Source: Deltaproteobacteria bacterium (GTDB lineage Bacteria > Myxococcota_A > Polyangia > Fen-1088). From it: DNA of 64,000 nucleotides. Within the stretch, counting starts at the first letter, position 1. Every line of letters begins with the position of its first letter. Shown piece after piece: positions 54,400 through 62,973 of this stretch. The notes below the pieces were generated by a model that searched no databases, was not told the origin of the DNA, and saw nothing but the letters and a program-made list of their open reading frames with translations. Location: the NCBI GenBank assembly GCA_033763315.1, contig JANRKS010000026.1, forward strand, positions 32,531 through 96,530, in the 5' to 3' direction. Position numbers and translations under genes: made by a program.

Positions 54400-56138
54400 T
54401 GCGCACATCCTTGGTTGTTGTTTGCAGGGGCCACGGTACGAAATCGAAATGCGTCGGTGCTTGTGAGAGCCACAAACAGCTCAGCCAGATCGAAACCAGA
54501 TTCTTTGAAGGCCGCGTTCATAACCGCGAGGGTGCAAGCGTCGTCGCCGCTGTCCTCCAGCTGCCGGCTCATGCCGAAGCGAAACCACTGAATCGCCATG
54601 CACGTCTTCGCTTGCGCGCTTTGGGCGAGGCGGTTTGCCAATTCCACGGCGCCTGTAAATTCGCCGGCGAGACCTTCGTCGTTTGCGCCCACCACGGCAC
54701 CGGTGGCGTCGACGGGGGCGTTGCCATCACGCAACCGGTAGGCGCCCACGGCATCGTAATGCTCAAAGCCGAAGCCCAGCGAATCCATCACATTGTGGCA
54801 GCCGGCACATTGCGGATCGGCACGATGTTGTGCGAACCGTTCTCGCGTGGAAAGACCAACCACCACCGCCGGCTCTGCCGCCATCACGTTGTCGGGAGGC
54901 GCCGGTAGATCCTGGCACATGAACTTGCGCAGCACGAATAGGCCGCGATGAATGGGCGAGCTTTGTTTCGCATACGAATGCGCCGCCAAAATTCCTGGGT
55001 CGGTCAAGATCCCCGCACGTTGGCCGGTGGGCAGCGCCATTTTTGTGGCAACGGTGGCCTTCGACGACACGCCAAAGATGTTCGCCGTCTCGGCGTCAAC
55101 GAAGCCGTGCTGTGAGGTCATCAAAGATCCGAACGTGTGATCGGAAGACCACAACAAATCATCAACGAAAGCCGCGACGCCCTTTTGCAGCGAAGCTGCG
55201 GTGCGTGTTGAGAAGCTGGGGAACGCGGTCGGATCTTTCGACAAAGCGCCAATGGCCTCAAAGTCAAGCCATTCCGCGAAAAACGAGGCCAAGCCCACCT
55301 TGGCTTTCGGATCCTTGAGCATGCGGCGTGCTTGTGCCGCCACATCTTCGCTGCGGCTAAGTTTGCCAGCGGCCGCCGCTTGGAACAGTTGGCTGTCTGG
55401 CATCGATCGCCATAGCAAGTATGAAAGCCGAGACGCCATCTCGAAGCCCTGCACCGGCACCGCATTCGTGCCCGGAAGCGCTTGCCCCCCCGTCTCAAGG
55501 CGATAGAAGAATTTTGGTGATTGCAGGATGGCCGCCGCGGCCCACTGCAAACCAGTTGCGAAAGACGTGGTTTTGCCTTGGCTGTAAAGGCTCATCAACG
55601 CGGTCACTTCGTCTTCGACCAAGGGGCGGCGCCACGCGCGGGCGCCAAAGCCAGCGATAAACTTGCGTGCACAATCGTCGGTGGCGTTCGTGCAGGCGCT
55701 GCCATCCGACCACGCCACCACCTGCGTGGCGACGTCCTTGGTTAATGATTCGGCCGCGCGCATCGCAGCGTCTGCCAATGGCAACGAAAAGCGTGTGCCG
55801 GTGGTGAAACTGCCAAAGCTCACATCATCGCCTGGGAACGTATCGGCCAACGCGGCGTCTTGTCCCAGCAGATGCGAGATGGTGTTTCGGTATTCCGTCC
55901 GTGTCAGCCGCCGCAACACCGCTGGGCCTGGCCGCGGTGTCTTGGCGTCGCAAACCTGCGTGGGTGTAGGCACATCCACGGGCGATGTAGGTTCACCCTT
56001 CGGCGCGTTGCCTGCGTGGCCTCCCGTGGGAACGTCTGTTGATGAGGGGCCAAGGTTACCGGTGCAAGCCGTTGCAAACCAACTTGCAACAAACAAGGGG
56101 ACCGCGAACCGGCATTGCCAAGAGGGGAACAAAAACAT
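54396..56138 (-). CDS. DUF1592/DUF1588-type lipoprotein with a CxxCH motif (second copy)
   Basis: Lipobox FATAC; QCAGCHNVMDSLGFGFEHYDAVGAYR; the N-terminal LRRLTRTEYRNT is typical of the family. Confidence 0.85.
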   Translation of the reverse strand: MFLFPSWQCRFAVPLFVASWFATACTGNLGPSSTDVPTGGHAGNAPKGEPTSPVDVPTPTQVCDAKTPRPGPAVLRRLTRTEYRNTISHLLGQDAALADTFPGDDVSFGSFTTGTRFSLPLADAAMRAAESLTKDVATQVVAWSDGSACTNATDDCARKFIAGFGARAWRRPLVEDEVTALMSLYSQGKTTSFATGLQWAAAAILQSPKFFYRLETGGQALPGTNAVPVQGFEMASRLSYLLWRSMPDSQLFQAAAAGKLSRSEDVAAQARRMLKDPKAKVGLASFFAEWLDFEAIGALSKDPTAFPSFSTRTAASLQKGVAAFVDDLLWSSDHTFGSLMTSQHGFVDAETANIFGVSSKATVATKMALPTGQRAGILTDPGILAAHSYAKQSSPIHRGLFVLRKFMCQDLPAPPDNVMAAEPAVVVGLSTRERFAQHRADPQCAGCHNVMDSLGFGFEHYDAVGAYRLRDGNAPVDATGAVVGANDEGLAGEFTGAVELANRLAQSAQAKTCMAIQWFRFGMSRQLEDSGDDACTLAVMNAAFKESGFDLAELFVALTSTDAFRFRTVAPANNNQGCAQ

Positions 56139-56376
56139 GTGGCCTCCGTAACTGCAAGGCCCGCCGCGAATTGCGTGGGCGTCGCAGGGGCCTATCGCAA
56201 GATGTGTGCCCCGCGCACATAGCCCTAAGCGGCCTCAAGTTTCCTAGGCTTTCCGCCGGAGATCTAAGGAACACCTGCGGGTTCGCCGCCCTCTGCCCGT
56301 AGGTACGAACCTACAGGCCAACGCTGGCGGCGCGGCTTTACGCTCGGGTTCCCAACAGTTAAGCTCGGCAAGATCT

Positions 56377-57882
56377 GTGACGCGTTATCAGCTCGTGCGA
56401 ACCCTCGCCAGCGGCGGGATGGCCCAAGTTTTGGAGGGCTTGGCCATCGGGGCCGAGGGATTCGAACGCCGCGTTGCCATCAAGCGTATCTTGCCCGAGG
56501 ACGCGGCGGATCCTCAGAAGCGCCAGATGTTCTTGCAAGAGGCGCACGTGGGCAGCCGGCTGCACCACGGTGGCATCGTGCAAATCGTCGACTTCGGCAC
56601 GTTGGATGGCAACGACTTCCTTGTGATGGAGTTCGTCGACGGCATTGACTGCAAACGCGCCACCCGCCGAATGCACATGCCCGAAGGCGTGGCTCTTCAC
56701 ATCGTGGCCGAGGTGGCGCACGCCCTTCACTACATTCACAACGTAAAGGACGAGCAAGGCCAGCCACTGGGCATCGTTCACCGCGATGTGAGTCCGCAGA
56801 ACATTCTGTTGTCGTGGGATGGCGACGTGAAGATCTCCGACTTCGGCATCGCCCTTTCCACTTTGCGACGCGAACACACGGCCACAGGCGTGGTCAAAGG
56901 CAAGCTGCGCTACATGGCGCCAGAGCAAGCGCGCGCACGGGTGGTGACGGCCGCCGCCGACATCTATGCGTTGGGTGCAACGCTGGATTTCCTGTTGGGC
57001 GATACATTTGACGGCGACGTGCCCTTCATGCGTCCCAGCGACAGCCGCTGTGCCGATGCCGTGGCGCGTGGTGTTTCAACCGCGTGTGCACAGCTCATGG
57101 GGGACATGACACAGATCGAGGCCGGTTTGCGCCCGAACGCAAGCGATGTAGCACGCCGTGCGGGCACGTTGGCCGCACAGGTGTTGGGGCGCGACGGACG
57201 AAGCGCTTTACGACAGTGGCTTGAGCAATGCCGCGCGCAAGAAAAGACCAGCGCTTTGGACGATCTGATGGGTCTGTGCCTCACGCAGCTGCCAGGCGGC
57301 GAAGAGCGCGCGTTCACCGTAACGCGCCACACGGCCGTTGAGGCATCTTCATCCACGCGGGCGAGAACCGTGGCGGAACTTTCGCGGGGGCGTCTGCGTG
57401 TGCGGCGTCGCGTGGCCGCCGCCTTCGCCGCGGCTGTACCTTTGGTGGCAGCCGCGGCCTTCGCCTGGGTGTCGCAAGGTTCAAAAACGCAGGCGCCCTC
57501 GCCACAACAATCCCACGGCCCGCGTGTTGTTGCTTTGCCCACGCCTGCCGCCGAACCTCCCGCCGCGCAGCCACGCACACCGCCCGTGCCTGCCTCCCCT
57601 GTTGCGCTCGCCAAACCCAACACCGCACGCGTGCCCCGCAAAGCGACAGAAGCCGTCACCGCTCAAGGTTGGTTCGCTGTGGGAGGGGCCAAGTTCATGG
57701 GTGGTGCGGTTTCCTTAGATGGCAAAGTTGTGGGGCACGCGCCCATCCAAGTGCAAGCCAAGGTGGGCAAGCACGTGGTGGCGGTGTTCGATGCAACTTC
57801 GCGCAAACTGCTTTTGAAAAAACCGATCGACATTCGCGAGGCAAACACGCGTTTCGTGCCGCTGCGTCTGCTGTCGAACTAA
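56377..57882 (+). CDS. Ser/Thr protein kinase with a Pro-rich linker, a TM segment and a PEGA-like C-terminal domain
   Basis: GTG start; GGMAQV..VAIKRI, HRDVSPQNILL, DFGIA and APE. The TM is VAAAFAAAVPLVAAAAFAWV. The C-terminus is VSLDGKVVGHAPIQVQAKVGKHVV. Confidence 0.9.
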   Translation: MTRYQLVRTLASGGMAQVLEGLAIGAEGFERRVAIKRILPEDAADPQKRQMFLQEAHVGSRLHHGGIVQIVDFGTLDGNDFLVMEFVDGIDCKRATRRMHMPEGVALHIVAEVAHALHYIHNVKDEQGQPLGIVHRDVSPQNILLSWDGDVKISDFGIALSTLRREHTATGVVKGKLRYMAPEQARARVVTAAADIYALGATLDFLLGDTFDGDVPFMRPSDSRCADAVARGVSTACAQLMGDMTQIEAGLRPNASDVARRAGTLAAQVLGRDGRSALRQWLEQCRAQEKTSALDDLMGLCLTQLPGGEERAFTVTRHTAVEASSSTRARTVAELSRGRLRVRRRVAAAFAAAVPLVAAAAFAWVSQGSKTQAPSPQQSHGPRVVALPTPAAEPPAAQPRTPPVPASPVALAKPNTARVPRKATEAVTAQGWFAVGGAKFMGGAVSLDGKVVGHAPIQVQAKVGKHVVAVFDATSRKLLLKKPIDIREANTRFVPLRLLSN

Positions 57883-58910
57883 CGGCCGGGCAAGGCACCA
57901 AAGAAACGCCACGCACGTTCCACAGTCTCCGCCGGCTTTGGATTCTCAATGCCGGCAGCTGTGATGCAGTTGACGAATGGTTCGTTGGCGCAGCCGCTGG
58001 CATAAAACTGACAAGTGCCGTCGTTGGTGGGCCACACGGTTGTGTTGGCACTGCATCCGTTGTTCTGTCGTAAGGCCTCCGCAATCATCGCGTTGCGCTG
58101 CGGATCCACTTCAGCCGAATTGATCGCCGCTTGAATAAACCCAGCCACAGGTGCCCCGCATGTGGCAATCGAAGTCACGTCAGGCGAGCCAATCCGCGCA
58201 AAGCCGCGCACCTGTGATCGCAGCCGGCACGCCACAGCGGTGGCCATCTTCCCACCGGCGCCTCGCCCCACAGCATAAACGCGCGACCTATCGATGCACC
58301 GTTTGGCGAGCAGATCGTTCAAATGCGTTTGCACGGCTGCCAGATCAGCCGAGCCGGCTTTGATGTCGTAGTTGCCATCCGCGCCCGCCACGGACGCGGC
58401 GATGATCGCGTTGCCCAAGGCATCGGTGAAGCCGAGGTTGAGGTTGCTGCGGCTGCCGTTGTTGGGCAAGCCAAGCGGCTCGTACTCTTGGCCATTGCCT
58501 GAGTGAAACACCAGCAGCAGCGGGTACGCGTGTTGTTGATTGTAATCCGTTGGGAAAACATCCACGAAACCGTGCCCCATCACCTGCCCTGCCACGATGC
58601 CGCTGGCGCCTGGCACGCCACAGCCCACGCTTGCTGCCGCTGGCACCGTGGTGGCGTCAGGCCTGGTTTCAGGGCGTGCCGCATCGGTCGAGGGCATGGG
58701 CGAAGGCACCGCTGCATCCGCGAGCGTCGACCCGCCATCCTTGCCAACGGTTGCTTCACGCGCATCAGGCTCCTCGTCGTCACGCGTATCGCCCGTTGGC
58801 GGGGGGATCTCCTCTTCGCTTTGTGCATTTTCGCCTGGACTGCAGCTCCACAAGGCGCAGCAAGCCATAAACACGCTCACAATGAAACCGCGCGAAGCAG
58901 GGGATGCCAT
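57879..58910 (-). CDS. LpqC/PHB-depolymerase-family esterase-like lipoprotein lacking the nucleophile Ser (putative pseudoenzyme)
   Basis: Lipobox ALWSC; YPLLLVFHSGNG; VYAVGRGAGGKMA sits where the family has G-x-S-N-G-G; family-like C-terminus ERAWRFF. ATG 58967 is an alternative start. Confidence 0.6.
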   Translation of the reverse strand: MASPASRGFIVSVFMACCALWSCSPGENAQSEEEIPPPTGDTRDDEEPDAREATVGKDGGSTLADAAVPSPMPSTDAARPETRPDATTVPAAASVGCGVPGASGIVAGQVMGHGFVDVFPTDYNQQHAYPLLLVFHSGNGQEYEPLGLPNNGSRSNLNLGFTDALGNAIIAASVAGADGNYDIKAGSADLAAVQTHLNDLLAKRCIDRSRVYAVGRGAGGKMATAVACRLRSQVRGFARIGSPDVTSIATCGAPVAGFIQAAINSAEVDPQRNAMIAEALRQNNGCSANTTVWPTNDGTCQFYASGCANEPFVNCITAAGIENPKPAETVERAWRFFGALPGR

Positions 58911-59024
58911 GGCTTTGAGCAAAGCAAACGTGTGGCCAACCCCTCTGCAGCCGTTTTCGCGGTGCATGCGAGGCCCGTCTGTGGGGTCAGCAACGGTTCC
59001 CCGTAGGCGCGATCCTACAGCCGC

Positions 59025-60311
59025 TTAGCGAAAGCCGTGGCGGCGTAGCAAACCAAGCAGGTACTGGCGATCCATCTGTGCCATGCGCGCCGCCGCCGAA
59101 GCGTTGCCGTTGGTTGCCTTTATGAGCTGTGCCAAAAACGTTTGTTCGAACTTGTTGAGCGCTGCCTGCCGCGCGTCTTTGTAACTCACACCTAAATCGC
59201 CATCGGCGGTGACCACATGGGCCGTTGTAGGTTCAAGCGACACAGATCCCACGGCCAACGCGCTTTCAACAACGTTGCGCAGCTCTCGGACGTTCCCCGT
59301 CCATCGATGCGCGCGCAACGCCGCCAAAGTGGCTTCCGCGAACGGCTGCCCGGGCACGCCGGTGATCTCGGTGGCAAAGTGCTCAACCAACGCGTCGATT
59401 TCTTCGGGACGTTCGCGCAGAGGTGGCACAAACAAACGGGCCACGGCAATGCGGAAATAAAGATCCGCGCGGAACGTGCCAGCGTTCGCCTCGGCGCGCA
59501 GGTCACGATGTGTGGCGCACACCAACCGCACATCGGTGGCCACGTCTTCTTTGCCACCCAAACGCCTGAACTTGCGACGTTCCAAAACGCCCAACAAGGC
59601 GGGTTGCACCGAGGCGGGCAACTCGCCGATCTCATCGAGAAAAACCGTGCCACCGTTGGCCTGCTCGAACGCGCCTTCATAGCGCTTGTCTGCGCCAGTG
59701 AAGGCTCCGCGCTCGTGGCCAAACAATTGCGAAGCAATCAAGGTCGGCGCCAACGCGGCAGCGTCGACAACAACAAATGGCCCCTTGCGGCGCGGGCCAA
59801 GCTCATGAATGGCACGCGCCAGAACATCCTTGCCCGTGCCTGTTTCGCCCTGGATCAAAACGGACGCGTTCGATTCAGCAAGCACGCGCGCTTTGGTGGC
59901 CACATCGCGCATCGCTGGGCTGCCGATGATCACACCCGGTAAGGTTGCCTCCTTCGCTTGGGGAACCACAACCTGCTCGGCGTCCACGGCGCTCAGCACA
60001 TTGGCTCCAACCCTGATGCGCGTACCGGGGGGCACAATCGCATCCTGAACGCGAATGTCGCCGATGAACGTGCCGTTGCGGCTGCCCAGATCGTGCACAC
60101 CAATGCCCTGGCTGGCCGTCAATTCCAGGTGATACCGGCTCACGAGGGGATCGGTCAAACGCATTTCGTTGTCAGGAAATGTGCCAATCGCCACCCGTCC
60201 ACCCACGCCATCCACCGTCAAGCCTTTGTCGGGTCCATCCAGAACCTGCACCGTGATGCGGCGAACCGTCATCGCCGAAAGCGGTTGGCTCTGCGTTTGT
60301 TCATGCTTCAT
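59025..60311 (-). CDS. Sigma-54-dependent transcriptional activator with an N-terminal FHA domain (Fis-type HTH)
   Basis: FHA: VAIGTFPDNEMRLTDPLVSRYHLEL..DLGSRNGTF. AAA+: GETGTGKDVLARAIH, ERGAFTGA, GTVFLDEIGELP. C-terminal HTH: NASAAARMAQMDRQYLLGLLRRHG. Confidence 0.9.
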   Translation of the reverse strand: MKHEQTQSQPLSAMTVRRITVQVLDGPDKGLTVDGVGGRVAIGTFPDNEMRLTDPLVSRYHLELTASQGIGVHDLGSRNGTFIGDIRVQDAIVPPGTRIRVGANVLSAVDAEQVVVPQAKEATLPGVIIGSPAMRDVATKARVLAESNASVLIQGETGTGKDVLARAIHELGPRRKGPFVVVDAAALAPTLIASQLFGHERGAFTGADKRYEGAFEQANGGTVFLDEIGELPASVQPALLGVLERRKFRRLGGKEDVATDVRLVCATHRDLRAEANAGTFRADLYFRIAVARLFVPPLRERPEEIDALVEHFATEITGVPGQPFAEATLAALRAHRWTGNVRELRNVVESALAVGSVSLEPTTAHVVTADGDLGVSYKDARQAALNKFEQTFLAQLIKATNGNASAAARMAQMDRQYLLGLLRRHGFR

Positions 60312-60321
60312 GCGTGTGGGT

Positions 60322-60924
60322 TCAAGGTAGCATTGGTTGGTAGCAAGCGTGAAACAGCGATCCTGCAGCAACGATGTCGTTCGCACACCGCACGCTTAAA
60401 CGCTGATCAAACTGAGCCGACGACGCGGGGGGGCCCAGGGCGCACAGGCGAACGGCCTTGTCCAAGAACGCTCGTGTGCTCCATGCCGGGTCGCAGGCGC
60501 ATGCGCCTGCCGTGGAGGATGGTTTCTGGCCGGTCTCGATCGACAAAGCGCGCAGGCAATAGACACGATCCGGTGCCAGGTCAATGATGGTGCCTGACAT
60601 GGCCTCCGCCATCGCCGCGGGCGACGCCACCGTGGGTGCACCACACCGGCACACGCGCGAAGGCGCACGGCAAAGGCTTTGGTCTGAGAAACAGTCTTGG
60701 CAAAACGAGGGCAAAAACGAAGCGACGCTGCCGTCGATTACCTCGTAGGCCTCAATGATGTGAGCATCCATGATCTGCAAGGGCCCGCCCGTGGCTGTGC
60801 CTCGGCAGGCCACGCCCGTGGTGCGCACAAGTTCCACCGACGTGATCTGCGTCTTGACGCCATTGTCACAACCAGCGATGGCCGCGACAACACACACAAG
60901 AATGGGCCTAAACCGCAGCGTCAT
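60322..60924 (-). CDS. Cys-rich lipoprotein, twin A (no recognised family)
   Basis: Lipobox AIAGC; Cys scaffold CQDCFSDQSLCRAPSRVCRCG..CACDPAW..LCALGPP..VRCAND. ATGA overlap with twin B. Confidence 0.65.
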   Translation of the reverse strand: MTLRFRPILVCVVAAIAGCDNGVKTQITSVELVRTTGVACRGTATGGPLQIMDAHIIEAYEVIDGSVASFLPSFCQDCFSDQSLCRAPSRVCRCGAPTVASPAAMAEAMSGTIIDLAPDRVYCLRALSIETGQKPSSTAGACACDPAWSTRAFLDKAVRLCALGPPASSAQFDQRLSVRCANDIVAAGSLFHACYQPMLP

Positions 60925-61478
60925 GGTTCACACAAACCATGGCTCGCATCTGCGGGGCACTGCACGCGCAAAGTGTAAGGCAAGGCAGAAGGCACAAGCG
61001 GGGCAGAGAGCGCACAAACGCTATTGGGGTTTGGCTTTAGCCACTCCGGATCACACTCACACACGCGAGCCGCGGGGGCCGCGGAAACTGAACCGCGCAC
61101 CAAAGCGCGCACACGCACGCAGTTTTGTGTGTCGCTCGACAAGCTTCCGATCGACTGGCCCTTCAAAGCCATGGCCAAAGCCGTGACGGGCGCCTGTGCC
61201 TGCAGCGTGCCACCGCAGTAGCACACGGCCTGCTCCAGAGCGCACGATTTGGGATTGGCAAAACAGTCCGCGCACCCCTGCAGCGTTGTCGATAAACGTT
61301 GCCCAGCGAGCGCGCGGTACGACGACACAACATACGTATCGAATTGCGGCACCCCACCGGAAACATCGATACACGCAGGGGTGGCATCGCGAAAAAACTC
61401 CAAAGGCGACACTTGCGTGGCCTCGTGACACGCGCCCAGCCATAAACCACAGGCCACAACCTTAGCGAAACACCGCAA
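60921..61478 (-). CDS. Cys-rich lipoprotein, twin B (paralogue of twin A)
   Basis: TTG 61478 follows RBS AGGAGG and gives MRCFAKVVACGLWLGAC. Scaffold CADCFANPKSCALEQAVCYCG..CECDPEW..VCALSAP..VQCPAD. The track ORF start (61613) is probably too far upstream. Confidence 0.6.
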   Translation of the reverse strand: MRCFAKVVACGLWLGACHEATQVSPLEFFRDATPACIDVSGGVPQFDTYVVSSYRALAGQRLSTTLQGCADCFANPKSCALEQAVCYCGGTLQAQAPVTALAMALKGQSIGSLSSDTQNCVRVRALVRGSVSAAPAARVCECDPEWLKPNPNSVCALSAPLVPSALPYTLRVQCPADASHGLCEP

Positions 61479-62574
61479 TGTGTTTGACCTCCTGCGGTTG
61501 CGCCGCCCACCACACGAGCCCTCCCACCAGCGCCACACCCACGGCCGAGGAAAGCCAAAACAACGGGTGTTTATAGAACGGTTTTGGCACCACCACACCC
61601 TTCCATTCTTCAATCAAAATGTGGCTAAGCGTGCGTGCTGACGCCGGCCCGCTATCAACCACCATTTGTGACCAACGCTTATTCAAGGCACGGTCGTAGA
61701 GCACCCCATAAAATCGCCCCTCGTGGTTCCACAACAAGAGGGCCACGCGCACCGACCAGGCCTGCGTGGCAGCTCTCAAAGTGTCGCCTTCATTAGCGAA
61801 CGCGGCCACGTCACGGGTCTCCCCCAACGCACGCGCCAGTTGTTCCTGCGTGTCCGCGGCGTTGCCTTCGTCGAGCGCCAACGTCACCGTTTGAGGCGCG
61901 CCCAAAACAATCGGCAAAGCGCGTTGCCGAAAACCCAGGTGCTTGGCCACCAAAACGTGCTCGCCCGCCAACACGTTCACATCACAAGGCGTGGCCACAC
62001 ACGCGGGGCGCCCGTCCAACTCCACGCGGCTGGTTTCGGGCACCGCCCGCACTTTGATCGTCACGCGCCCCTGCTCTTCCAATTGTTGCCGCGCGCGCTG
62101 AACCTCTCGTTGGAACTCAGGTGGCGTGCGCCGCAGCGTTTCGCCGGCGTCCAACTCGAAGGCCAAGAGCTTGCGCGTGATCTGCTGCGCCAAAGGTTTG
62201 CTGCCAGCGCCGTGGGCACAAGCCGCGCCCACGATTGCGGCTTGGGTGGCGGCCTGGCGTTGGCCTTCTTCAATCAATCGATCCAAAGACAAATCAGCGT
62301 CCTGAATCAAAGCGAGGCAGCGCAAAAAATCAGCCTCCACGTACGCCCCCCAAAGCGCACGCAATTTCGGCTGCACGTCACGCGGCCCTGGTGGCGCGGC
62401 CGGCACCAACCGCACCACTTGCCACTGTCCGTCGTCGGTGGCCGCCAGCGCTTCTTGCAACCGCGGCAAATCAACGTCAACGCCCACCACCACGCCGCCC
62501 GGTGGCACCGCAAAGACTCTGGGCGCACACATCGCCAGGACCGCGCCACACAAAGCGCCGAACAATCGAGCCAT
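61462..62574 (-). CDS. PEGA-domain membrane-anchored protein
   Basis: Signal peptide ending RVFA; PEGA-like VTIKVRAVPETSRVELDGRPACVATPCDVNVLAGEHVLV; C-terminal TM LFWLSSAVGVALVGGLVWW. Confidence 0.7.
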   Translation of the reverse strand: MARLFGALCGAVLAMCAPRVFAVPPGGVVVGVDVDLPRLQEALAATDDGQWQVVRLVPAAPPGPRDVQPKLRALWGAYVEADFLRCLALIQDADLSLDRLIEEGQRQAATQAAIVGAACAHGAGSKPLAQQITRKLLAFELDAGETLRRTPPEFQREVQRARQQLEEQGRVTIKVRAVPETSRVELDGRPACVATPCDVNVLAGEHVLVAKHLGFRQRALPIVLGAPQTVTLALDEGNAADTQEQLARALGETRDVAAFANEGDTLRAATQAWSVRVALLLWNHEGRFYGVLYDRALNKRWSQMVVDSGPASARTLSHILIEEWKGVVVPKPFYKHPLFWLSSAVGVALVGGLVWWAAQPQEVKHIAVFR

Positions 62575-62630
62575 GCGAAACAGGTTAACACCTCACGGGC
62601 CCGCCCGAGCGATTCGCGCCACCCGGCCCA

Positions 62631-62665
62631 TTCGAAAACAAGAAGCCGACCTTGCGGCCGGCTTC
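62631..62665 (-). terminator. Strong intrinsic terminator (minus strand)
   Basis: On the minus strand, GAAGCCGGCC-GCAA-GGTCGGCTTC forms a 10-bp stem with one G-U pair and a GNRA tetraloop, followed by TTGTTTTCG. Confidence 0.6.
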
Positions 62666-62667
62666 CG

Positions 62668-62811
62668 TTATTGACTGACACTATGTTTTGGCGACGACGT
62701 CGTCGATGCAGTTGCTGTGGGCCCCTTGATCTCCACCTTCAACAAGCCATCCCAATTCAGGAGCATAGGCGTTTCAAGCTGCATTTGCGCCTGCGTCATG
62801 AGGGCAACCAT
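62668..62811 (-). CDS. Possible small ORF (47 aa) ending 2 nt before the terminator
   Basis: Translates to MVALMTQAQMQLETPMLLNWDGLLKVEIKGPTATASTTSSPKHSVSQ. The frame is open about 25 codons further upstream without a start, so it may be a gene relic. Confidence 0.2.
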   Translation of the reverse strand: MVALMTQAQMQLETPMLLNWDGLLKVEIKGPTATASTTSSPKHSVSQ

Positions 62812-62973
62812 TGAGGCAAAGCGTTTCAAAAGACCGAAAACATCGATTCCGTCACTACGTTCCCCCGGTGAAAAACAAGGATTCTGCGCCTATTCCAGTC
62901 CACGGGACAGACGTATCCCTTGGCGATCGCCGGCCCTGGTTCGCCACCATTGCCTCTCCGCCAACACACCCTG

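Noticed and set aside
61723-62814. Long antisense ORFs: 61723-62814 (+), 24728-25609 (-), 46579-47487 (-), 2203-3099 (+), 34202-35068 (-), 13069-13896 (+), 59217-59942 (+), 32521-33411 (+).
   Set aside because: Each lies opposite a gene with clear family motifs. Their translations are Arg/Pro/Gly/Ala-rich with no motifs and no RBS. Long antisense ORFs are the expected artefact of stop-codon scarcity in GC-rich DNA.
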